DNA from: Pseudomonadota bacterium | Lineage (GTDB): Bacteria > UBA10199 > 2-02-FULL-44-16 > JBDRGF01 | Reading direction: 5' to 3' | NCBI GenBank assembly: GCA_043818055.1 | Contig: JBDRGF010000093.1 | Coordinates: 1 to 10,379, forward strand | DNA length: 10,379 nucleotides | In this document: piece after piece, positions 1 to 6,792 of the stretch | Position numbering within the stretch: position 1 is the stretch's first letter | Layout: each line of letters opens with the position of its first letter | Notes under the pieces: generated by a model | Seen by the model: the letters and a program-made list of their open reading frames with translations, nothing else | What the model was told of the DNA's origin: nothing | Databases searched by the model: none | Translations under genes and position numbers: made by a program

Positions 1-1
1 C

Positions 2-673
2 GTGGACAAAAAATCAGATAACATAATTTTACAGTTCGATTGTGACGATATCACAAGCAAACTCGACAAACATGGGATTCCACCCCTTCCACCATACATA
101 CTGAGAGGGGATGATTTGAATCTGGAAGATAAAGAACGCTATCAGACAATATATGCAAAGCACCCCGGTTCAGCAGCTGCCCCGACTGCCGGACTCCATT
201 TTTCAAAAAGCCTTGTAAAAAAAATCGGACAGGCTGGTATCAAAACTGCCTCGGTTACACTCCATGTAGGTCTGGATACATTCTCCCCTGTCAGGGTTGA
301 AAATGTCCTTGATCATAAAATGCATGGAGAGAAGTTCATTATCGATCATAAGACTGCTTTGCTTATCAACGAAACCAGAAAATCAGAGGGAAGAATAATA
401 GCGGTTGGAACAACTTCCGTGAGGGCTCTCGAGTCATCGTGGAATGGATCTATCTGCCTTCCCGGAGAAAGATCCACCGACATATACATCACACCCGGTT
501 ATAAATTCAATCTGGTGGATGCGATTTTAACTAATTTTCACCAGCCAAAATCGACCCTCCTGATGCTCGTCTCAGCATTTGCAGGGCGGGAATTTATTTT
601 AAAATGCTACGAAGATGCAATTCAACATAAATACCGGCTTTTCTCATATGGCGATTGCATGTTCATCATATAA
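2..673 (+). CDS. queA: S-adenosylmethionine:tRNA ribosyltransferase-isomerase, C-terminal part (5' end outside the window)
   Basis: QueA signature motifs: GIPPLPPYI, DKERYQTIYA, GSAAAPTAGLHF, VTLHVGLDTF, AVGTTSVRALES, LTNFHQPKSTLLMLVSAFAG, YRLFSYGDCM. The frame is open to the left edge of the window. Confidence 0.97.
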   Translation: MDKKSDNIILQFDCDDITSKLDKHGIPPLPPYILRGDDLNLEDKERYQTIYAKHPGSAAAPTAGLHFSKSLVKKIGQAGIKTASVTLHVGLDTFSPVRVENVLDHKMHGEKFIIDHKTALLINETRKSEGRIIAVGTTSVRALESSWNGSICLPGERSTDIYITPGYKFNLVDAILTNFHQPKSTLLMLVSAFAGREFILKCYEDAIQHKYRLFSYGDCMFII

Positions 674-695
674 TCACTTCCTCAAAAACCTGAAA

Positions 696-751
696 TGTAG
701 GCCCCTCGTGGTTGCCTCTTAGAAGGGCAGGCACAGGGACCTGCCCCTACA
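696..751. repeat. GTAG-family REP doublet (REPIN/BIME-like), left arm partly deleted
   Basis: TGTAGG-CCCCTCGTGGTTGCCT-CTTAGAA-GGGCAGGCACAGGGACCTGCCCCTACA has inverted GTAG...CTAC ends. Its reverse complement aligns end to end with 6171-6230 apart from a 5-nt gap. Confidence 0.8.
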
Positions 752-856
752 ATAATTCGATATACAAACAAGTTCAGCAACAGACTCCTCAATGAGGGAT
801 TGAACAAAGAGCCAGACCGTGCTAAATTGGTGCCTGAAAAAAATTAGGGGGAAAAA

Positions 857-2185
857 ATGAACAACAATGTGATGATCGTCGATGATGATCTCGATTTTGT
901 TTCGCTGCTTTCTAAATATCTGACCTCTCAAGGTCTGAATATCACCACATCAGGATCCGCAAATGAGGCCGTTGCCAAGGTGAAGGAGAGCCACCCCGAG
1001 GTGATACTCGTCGATGTAAAACTCCCGGATCAATCAGGCGTCGAGCTGGTTGGAACATTAAAATCAATTGATGAAAACTGTTCTGTGATAATGGTGAGCG
1101 GCTATGGTGAGCCAAAACTAATAGTCAGCGCTATTCAGGCAGGGGCCTCGGATTATATTACCAAGCCCGTAGATAACAAGGAACTCATGACCAAAATCAA
1201 CGGGATCCTTGAACTTCGCCGAAAAATAACGCTAGAGAAGGAAATCGGTGGCTGCGGGCTCATACTAGGCATAAGCACACAGACAAAACAATTGATACAT
1301 GAAATAGGCAGGGTAGCCGATTCAAATGCGCCTGTACTCTTGCGCGGTGAGAGTGGAACAGGAAAAACACTGGTCGCCCAGATCATTCACTCGCTGAGTC
1401 CCAGAAATAAACACCCCTTTGTTGTCATAAACTGCCCTGCGATTCCCAGGAATCTGCTGGAATCTGAGCTCTTCGGCCATGTCAAAGGTTCGTTCACAGG
1501 CGCGATCGTTGATAAGATCGGAAAGATGGAAACGGCTGATCAGGGAACTGTCTTTCTCGACGAAATAGGCGATCTCTACCCCGAACTTCAGGCTAAACTT
1601 TTACGTGTGATTCAAGGACATGAGTTTGAAAGGGTCGGTGGCCTAAAAACTTTTAAAATCGATGTAAGGGTTATAGCAGCAACAAATCAGGATCTTGAGG
1701 TAGAAATCAAAGAACACCGTTTCAGGGAAGATCTGTTTTACAGGCTCAACGTATTGCCTATATACATTCCCCCCTTACGCGAAAGGCCTGAGGATATACC
1801 AATTTTAGTTAAACATTTTATAAAAGAATACAGTCAGACTGCGAATAAAAAATTCGACGAACTGCCGGACAGAATTTTACAAATGCTCACCAATTATTCC
1901 TGGCCCGGTAATGTCAGAGAACTACAAAATATCATTGAAAGAGCCATCATTCTTGGAAAAGAGCCAGAGCTCAAAGAGTCTGATTTCGTGATCAGTGACG
2001 CACCTCTATCAACAAAGCTTGAGAGCTCTGAAGTTGCCTCACTTAAAGACATGGAACACGAAACCCTCATCAACGCCCTTCAAAAAACAGGCGGCAATAT
2101 CAGCAAGACAGCAAAAATACTGGGCATTGGAAGGGATACGGTATATCGCCGTCTTAAAAAATATAAAATCGATCTTAAAAATTAA
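857..2185 (+). CDS. Sigma-54-dependent (NtrC/AtoC-family) response regulator: receiver + AAA+ + Fis-type HTH
   Basis: Receiver (MIVDDD, ILVDVKLP, YITKP), Walker A GESGTGKT, ESELFGHVKGSFTGA, Walker B FLDEIGD, FREDLFYRLNV, WPGNVRELQN and C-terminal HTH GNISKTAKILGIGRDTVYRRLKKY. A G-rich RBS (AGGGGG) lies at 846-851. Confidence 0.96.
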   Translation: MNNNVMIVDDDLDFVSLLSKYLTSQGLNITTSGSANEAVAKVKESHPEVILVDVKLPDQSGVELVGTLKSIDENCSVIMVSGYGEPKLIVSAIQAGASDYITKPVDNKELMTKINGILELRRKITLEKEIGGCGLILGISTQTKQLIHEIGRVADSNAPVLLRGESGTGKTLVAQIIHSLSPRNKHPFVVINCPAIPRNLLESELFGHVKGSFTGAIVDKIGKMETADQGTVFLDEIGDLYPELQAKLLRVIQGHEFERVGGLKTFKIDVRVIAATNQDLEVEIKEHRFREDLFYRLNVLPIYIPPLRERPEDIPILVKHFIKEYSQTANKKFDELPDRILQMLTNYSWPGNVRELQNIIERAIILGKEPELKESDFVISDAPLSTKLESSEVASLKDMEHETLINALQKTGGNISKTAKILGIGRDTVYRRLKKYKIDLKN

Positions 2186-2190
2186 TTGCA

Positions 2191-3708
2191 ATGACTGGAG
2201 ACAGATTGAGAAACAATTCCAAACCTCATATTTCAGATCTCAAAGATAATTTTAAAACAATACTGGAGAATATCAATGATGTGGTTTTTCAATTAACCCC
2301 CAAAGGCATCATCAAATACGTGAGTCCAAGAGTTAAAGATGTCTACGGATATGACCCTGATGATCTTATCGGAAAACGTTTTGACGTCACAACTCCTCCA
2401 GAGGACGTGATAAAAGCCAAAGAAGCTCTTAAAAATGTATTGATGGGAATAGAGATAAAAAATTTTGACATCAAACAATATGATCAAAATGGAAATATCA
2501 TCCACATGTCCATAAATTTTACACCGATCATCGATAACGATAAAGTTGTTGCTGTGCAGGGGATAATGAGAGATGTCACCGCTCACAGACATGCAGATGA
2601 AGAGCTGATGAAATTTAAAGCGATCGCTGATAATGCTAATTATGGCGTCGCGATTTCTGATTTGAAAGGAAAACTAACTTATATCAATGAGTATTTTGCG
2701 AATCTACACGGATATAGAGCATCTGAACTGATCGGCAAAAACATTTCAATTTTTCATAGCAAAAAACAGCTATCTTACGTCAATAAAATCAATAAAAGAA
2801 TAAAGGAAGAGGGGAATATTAGCACTGTTGAAGTTTGGCATACACGAAAAAATGGCTACGAATTTCCCATGCTCATGAATGGAATCACCATCAAAGACAA
2901 CGAGGGAAGACCTCAATTCATGGCAGCAACAGCAATCGATATAACCGAAAGAAAATTCGCAGAAGAACAGATTCTAAAAAGCAACCAGGAGTTAAAACGT
3001 CTTAACAAAACGAGGGCTGATTTTACATCCATGATATCACACGAGATGAGAAGCCCTTTAAGCTCAATAAAAGCCGGGGTCTCTATAATTTTAGAAGAAC
3101 TCGACGGGCCCTTAAATCGCTCTCAGAAAGAGACCTTAAATATTGCGGAAAAAAATATCAACAGACTGTCCAATTTGATAAATAACATTCTAGATCTGAC
3201 TAAATTTGAAGCAGGGATGATGAATCTGGATCTCAAAAACAACGACATAAACGAACTGGCAAACAATGTATATTTGTTGATGAGACCTTTGGCTGACCGA
3301 AAAACAATAGAGTTCATACTTGATACACCGACTAAAACCATAAGTGCAATGTGCGATGCGGAAAGATTGAAACAGGTCATGGGAAATCTCATCGATAACG
3401 CGATTAAATTCACTAATAAAGAAGGTAAAATCAGATTGGCAATATCGCAATCACAAGACTGGATCGTCTTAGAAGTAGAAGATAACGGATTGGGAATTAA
3501 GGATGTGGAAAAGGATCTCATTTTTGAAAAGTTCAGGCAGGGATCTCACAAGGAATTAATTAGCGTTACGGGATCGGGATTGGGACTGGCTATTTGCAAA
3601 CAAATCGTTGAAGAGCATAAAGGAAACATCTCGGTTCAAAGCAGATTTGGAAAAGGGAGTAAATTCACAGTCAAGATACCGGCATCAAATCAATGCCATA
3701 CTTCATGA
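2191..3708 (+). CDS. Cytoplasmic sensor histidine kinase with two PAS/PAC domains, HisKA and HATPase_c
   Basis: Two PAS-like segments end in MRDVT and AIDITERK. H-box SMISHEMRSPL, N-box QVMGNLIDNAIKF, G1 VEDNGLGI, F-box IFEKF and G2 GSGLGLAIC are all present. No hydrophobic TM stretch is visible. The gene starts 5 nt after the regulator stop. Confidence 0.95.
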   Translation: MTGDRLRNNSKPHISDLKDNFKTILENINDVVFQLTPKGIIKYVSPRVKDVYGYDPDDLIGKRFDVTTPPEDVIKAKEALKNVLMGIEIKNFDIKQYDQNGNIIHMSINFTPIIDNDKVVAVQGIMRDVTAHRHADEELMKFKAIADNANYGVAISDLKGKLTYINEYFANLHGYRASELIGKNISIFHSKKQLSYVNKINKRIKEEGNISTVEVWHTRKNGYEFPMLMNGITIKDNEGRPQFMAATAIDITERKFAEEQILKSNQELKRLNKTRADFTSMISHEMRSPLSSIKAGVSIILEELDGPLNRSQKETLNIAEKNINRLSNLINNILDLTKFEAGMMNLDLKNNDINELANNVYLLMRPLADRKTIEFILDTPTKTISAMCDAERLKQVMGNLIDNAIKFTNKEGKIRLAISQSQDWIVLEVEDNGLGIKDVEKDLIFEKFRQGSHKELISVTGSGLGLAICKQIVEEHKGNISVQSRFGKGSKFTVKIPASNQCHTS

Positions 3709-4985
3709 TGTTTTCGATCCAGTTTGAGCTTGTCGACATCGAGCTTTTGGCCATCCACATACGTCGACTCGATAACACCACCATGGCCACGATACATGAG
3801 AAGAGATAACACTTCATCGGTATCGAGATCCTTTAGGCGATAGTGGTAATCGATGCCCGTAATATTAAGGACTGCAAAATCGGCGCACTTTCCCTTTTTA
3901 AAATTTCCAACATCATCTTGCATCGATAGAACATGCGCTCCGCCAAGCGTTGCCAGATAGAAAACTTTTTCAGGAGTTACAGAGAATTTATGTTGGATAT
4001 AATCTGCATGTCGCATCTCAGAAAACATCGACATCGAAGTCCCTGCACCTACATCGGTTCCCAAACCATAGATACATCTAGCCTCTTCTATTTTTTCAGC
4101 CGGCATAGTGCCACTCTTCAAAAAGAAATTTGAAGTCGGACAGTGAGCAATTTTAACTTCAGATTTTGACATCCTTTTTATTTCGTCATCGGAGAGATAT
4201 ATCGCGTGCGCCAATATCGTCTTAGCTGTCGCGCAGGAAGTCTCTTCAAAGAGAGAAAAATAATCCTTGAAGGTGGGAAAAAATTCTTTCACCTTATCGT
4301 TTTCCCGCAAGGTCTCGGCGATATGGCTCTGAAGATAAGCACCACTATCCTGTAGCAATTTTCCGATACCTTTCCAAAGATCGATACTACAAGTAGGAGC
4401 AAAACGCGGGGTGAAGGCATACCTCAAACGTCCATTCTCGGCGTTATGCCACTTCGCGCAAAGTTTTTCGCTTAAATTCAAAGAGTCCGAGGTCTTTTCC
4501 TGCAGTTCGGGAGGTGTATCCTGATCCATCATCACCTTGCCGATGATCGCCCTCACTCCCGATTCTTTTGCAATCTCGAAACAACGATCTGTCGCTTCAT
4601 AATGCACCGTGGAATAAAGCGCGGCTGTTGTCGTTCCGTTGAGGATGAGTTTCTTAAAAAAACGTTTTCCCACATCATCAACAACTTTTAAATCTGAGAA
4701 TGACCTCTCTGCGGGAAAGATAAAACGTTTGAGCCATGCAAGCAATGTCGCACCGTGTTTTCCGCGACAATCAAGCTGTGGAATATGCGAATGACAATCG
4801 ATGAGCCCGGGGATGATGAGCCTGTCCTTCAAATCCACGACATCACCCTGAAATCCTGCATCCCATTTTCCAACGGATATGATCTTTCCGTCATCGCCTA
4901 CGATGAGCAATCCATCCTTGATATCCTGAATATCATCCGCATCCAGCGCATGGATGATCCTTGCCCTATATCCCTTAGTCACCAT
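3690..4985 (-). CDS. guaD: Guanine deaminase (amidohydrolase superfamily)
   Basis: Motifs PGLIDCHSHIPQ (HxH metal site), NGTTTA, TPRFAPTCS, QSHIAE, LAHAIYL, AHCPTSNFFLKSG and GLGTDVGAG. The length of 431 aa is typical. Confidence 0.92.
   Translation of the reverse strand: MVTKGYRARIIHALDADDIQDIKDGLLIVGDDGKIISVGKWDAGFQGDVVDLKDRLIIPGLIDCHSHIPQLDCRGKHGATLLAWLKRFIFPAERSFSDLKVVDDVGKRFFKKLILNGTTTAALYSTVHYEATDRCFEIAKESGVRAIIGKVMMDQDTPPELQEKTSDSLNLSEKLCAKWHNAENGRLRYAFTPRFAPTCSIDLWKGIGKLLQDSGAYLQSHIAETLRENDKVKEFFPTFKDYFSLFEETSCATAKTILAHAIYLSDDEIKRMSKSEVKIAHCPTSNFFLKSGTMPAEKIEEARCIYGLGTDVGAGTSMSMFSEMRHADYIQHKFSVTPEKVFYLATLGGAHVLSMQDDVGNFKKGKCADFAVLNITGIDYHYRLKDLDTDEVLSLLMYRGHGGVIESTYVDGQKLDVDKLKLDRKHHEVWH
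4921..4967. repeat. 47-bp direct repeat, copy 1 (within the 5' coding end of guaD)
   Basis: ATATCCTGAATATCATCCGCATCCAGCGCATGGATGATCCTTGCCCT is 44/47 identical to 5859-5905, with a 24-bp identical core at 4932-4955. Confidence 0.95.
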
Positions 4986-4987
4986 TC

Positions 4988-5833
4988 TTATCCCTTGATT
5001 TTTTTCTGTTCAGGCTTTTGCGGAAGAAAGTTTTTGGAAGTCACAACCTTGCTTCCCGTTTCAATTTCAAGTTTTTCTCTGGCATTGCCCGCTATATTGC
5101 CACCAGTTTGTGCGGCATATTTGTTTTCTTCAAAACCTTGAGCATTTTTCTTTCTGGTGATCTCTGTCGTTGATGCCTCACCAAGCATCGAAAAAATAAG
5201 TTCCAAGTCCGTCATATGATCGCGAAGGTTTTCACGTTCCAACCCTTTAAGTTCTTTATATTGACTTGGTGTCATGCCAAAAGTTGCTTTTGATATTTCA
5301 GCCGTTAATATTGAATATTCCTTTTGTTCTTCAATTCCTCGTTTTTGCCATTCATCTGTTAATTCTTCACGAACGGCAATGCCGCGCATTCTTTTTTCTA
5401 TCCAGACATCAGGATAACCTTTTGCCTTGTAGATCGTTTTTGTGCGCTTTGTGGCAATTTCGGGGTCTTCTATTTCTTGTATGCGTTCATATCCAACGCG
5501 AGCCAGCCATCGTTTGAATGGTTCTGCTTTTGGCGATGGAATAGATTGGATTATGCGAAACATCGTTTCAGTACTTGCCATGTCGGTTTCACGCAATTTG
5601 CCGTCTTGAGCTTCGATTTTCAACTGTACGATTTTTCCGTACAGTTCAAAAAAACCTTCTTTTTCAGTTACTTGCCGTTTTAAATCCGACCAATAACGAC
5701 GCGGGTTATTACTGTCTGTCAAAACTTCTATCACATCAATAACCGAAAAATGCCATTCATTATTGTGTAATATTCGGCGGATCTGTTTGCCTTGAAAAAC
5801 GGCTAATTTGGGATGTTCCAATTCTTTTTTCAT
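4988..5833 (-). CDS. Bro-N domain-containing protein (phage antirepressor-like; C-terminus reminiscent of DinD-type proteins)
   Basis: N-terminal Bro-N pattern FQGKQIRR..NNEWHFSVIDVIEVLT..PRRYWSDLK, then RIIQSIPSPKAEPFKRWLA and a C-terminal ENLRDHMTDLELIF motif. The family was recognised by eye, not by HMM. Confidence 0.85.
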   Translation of the reverse strand: MKKELEHPKLAVFQGKQIRRILHNNEWHFSVIDVIEVLTDSNNPRRYWSDLKRQVTEKEGFFELYGKIVQLKIEAQDGKLRETDMASTETMFRIIQSIPSPKAEPFKRWLARVGYERIQEIEDPEIATKRTKTIYKAKGYPDVWIEKRMRGIAVREELTDEWQKRGIEEQKEYSILTAEISKATFGMTPSQYKELKGLERENLRDHMTDLELIFSMLGEASTTEITRKKNAQGFEENKYAAQTGGNIAGNAREKLEIETGSKVVTSKNFLPQKPEQKKIKG

Positions 5834-5836
5834 AAA

Positions 5837-5929
5837 TTATTTTCTTTCATAGTCATCTATATCCTGAACATCATCCGCATCCAGCGCATGGATAATCCTC
5901 GCCCTGAAACCGACATGATTACTCGTCAT
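5837..5929 (-). pseudogene. 30-aa truncated duplicate of the guaD 5' end (stub)
   Basis: Translates to [30 protein letters not shown], versus the GuaD start MVTKGYRARIIHALDADDIQDIKDG. Its ATG overlaps the last codons of yacG and its TAA lies 3 nt before the Bro-N ATG. It is not in the supplied ORF track. Confidence 0.85.
5859..5905. repeat. 47-bp direct repeat, copy 2 (within the guaD stub)
   Basis: ATATCCTGAACATCATCCGCATCCAGCGCATGGATAATCCTCGCCCT lies 938 bp from copy 1, with the identical core at 5870-5893. Confidence 0.95.
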
Positions 5930-6110
5930 TTTTTTCCTCGTTCGTTTCAGAGAATCTCTCCTGAGTCGGAATTTTGTATTCCTCGGAGGCCCAACTTCCC
6001 AGATCGATTAACTTGCACCTCTGGGAACAAAAGGGACGATATGAATTGTCCTTCCACGCAGCTTTTTTTCCGCATTTCGGACAGCCGACATATTTGAATT
6101 CATTCTCCAT
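5919..6110 (-). CDS. yacG: DNA gyrase inhibitor YacG (zinc finger)
   Basis: 63 aa with CPKCGK...[25 protein letters not shown], the canonical YacG CxxC...FCSxRC..DLG.W pattern. Confidence 0.95.
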   Translation of the reverse strand: MENEFKYVGCPKCGKKAAWKDNSYRPFCSQRCKLIDLGSWASEEYKIPTQERFSETNEEKNDE

Positions 6111-6119
6111 GATTTTCAG

Positions 6120-6147
6120 ACTATAGATATCCGGAATTTGAAATCAA
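6120..6147 (-). promoter_or_regulatory. Putative sigma-70 promoter for yacG and downstream genes
   Basis: On the - strand: TTGATT (6147-6142), a 16-nt spacer, TATAGT (6125-6120), then 9 nt to the yacG ATG. Confidence 0.55.
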
Positions 6148-6170
6148 GACAAAAGAAATTTTATGGATGT

Positions 6171-6230
6171 TGTAGGGGCTGCCCCCTGCGGCCGCCCTTC
6201 TGAAGGGCAACCACGGGGGGTTGCCCCTAC
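6171..6230. repeat. GTAG-family REP doublet (REPIN/BIME-like) overlapping the stop codon of the Pal-like gene
   Basis: TGTAGGGGCTGCCCCCTGCGGCCGCCC-TTCTGAA-GGGCAACCACGGGGGGTTGCCCCTAC consists of two inverted GTAGGGGC-type units. It is homologous to 696-751. Confidence 0.85.
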
Positions 6231-6697
6231 CTTGGAACAAGCTCAACCCTTCTGTTTTTCCTCCATGCCTCTGGAGTATTGCGAACATCAGCGGGCTTTG
6301 TCTCTCCGTAAGAGATGACGGCGGCGATTCTATCCTTTGAAACACCTTTGGACAAGAGGTAAGCCCTTACACTGCGAGCACGTCTGTCTCCCAGCTCCTT
6401 ATTATAAGCCTCTGAACCTCTATTGTCACAATGGCCTTCCAGGACGAGTGCTACGTCACGATTTTGAGCAAGCCATCTCACATCCTGATCGAGGACACTG
6501 GCAGATGAGGGAAGGATTCCGACCGAGTTAGTCGCAAAATAGACGGTGCTTATAAGTTTCAAGCCCTCTTCCTTTGCTACCCGCTCATCTTCGGCCGCCC
6601 TTTTACTGGCAACTCGCGAAAAAACACATCCTGCAACAAGCGAGACGCTACAGATGATTAAGAAAAGCACGATCCATTTGTTCTCTTTGAGTTTCAC
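6227..6697 (-). CDS. Pal-like OmpA-family peptidoglycan-binding lipoprotein
   Basis: GTG start with AGGAGG at 6709-6704. A hydrophobic signal ends in the lipobox VAGC (Cys24). OmpA_C/Pal motifs are VYF, EGHCDNRGSEAYNKELGDRRA, ISYGETKP and AWRKNRRVE. Confidence 0.9.
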   Translation of the reverse strand: MKLKENKWIVLFLIICSVSLVAGCVFSRVASKRAAEDERVAKEEGLKLISTVYFATNSVGILPSSASVLDQDVRWLAQNRDVALVLEGHCDNRGSEAYNKELGDRRARSVRAYLLSKGVSKDRIAAVISYGETKPADVRNTPEAWRKNRRVELVPR

Positions 6698-6734
6698 AGT
6701 TGTCCTCCTAAAAACAGCATGTAGTAGTATTATT

Positions 6735-6762
6735 GTAGGGGCGGTTCGCGAACCGCCCCTAC
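6735..6762. repeat. Perfect 28-bp palindrome, GTAG-family REP
   Basis: GTAGGGGCGGTTCG-CGAACCGCCCCTAC is an exact inverted repeat with the same GTAGGGGC ends as the doublets. Confidence 0.88.
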
Positions 6763-6764
6763 TT

Positions 6765-6778
6765 CATGCTACATACTA
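6765..6778. repeat. Heptamer tandem repeat (CATGCTA CATACTA)
   Basis: Two units matching those at 9417-9444. The 12-mer CATGCTACATAC at 6765-6776 is identical to 9431-9442. Confidence 0.6.
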
Positions 6779-6792
6779 TTTTTTCTTTTCAT

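Noticed and set aside
719..931. 70-aa - strand ORF, and the similar 74-aa ORF at 6121..6345
   Set aside because: Both overlap real genes and run through REP elements, with no recognisable motifs.
1460..1504. GSFTGA instead of GAFTGA in the sigma-54 activator
   Set aside because: This is a common natural variant. The F, T, G and A positions are retained, so it is not evidence of sigma-54 independence.
2..4985. Functional link between queA (queuosine synthesis) and guaD (guanine catabolism)
   Set aside because: They are on opposite strands and separated by two genes. Proximity in one window is not enough without conserved synteny.
4988..5833. Bro-N gene as evidence of a prophage in this window
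   Set aside because: There are no integrase, structural or replication genes, and the flanks are ordinary chromosomal genes. Only a single-gene insertion is supported.
4755..6097. + strand ORFs 4755..5141 and 5813..6097 share the peptide ILNIIRIQRMD
   Set aside because: This is the antisense reading of the 47-bp direct repeat. The coding sense is GuaD on the - strand, and these ORFs overlap well-supported genes.
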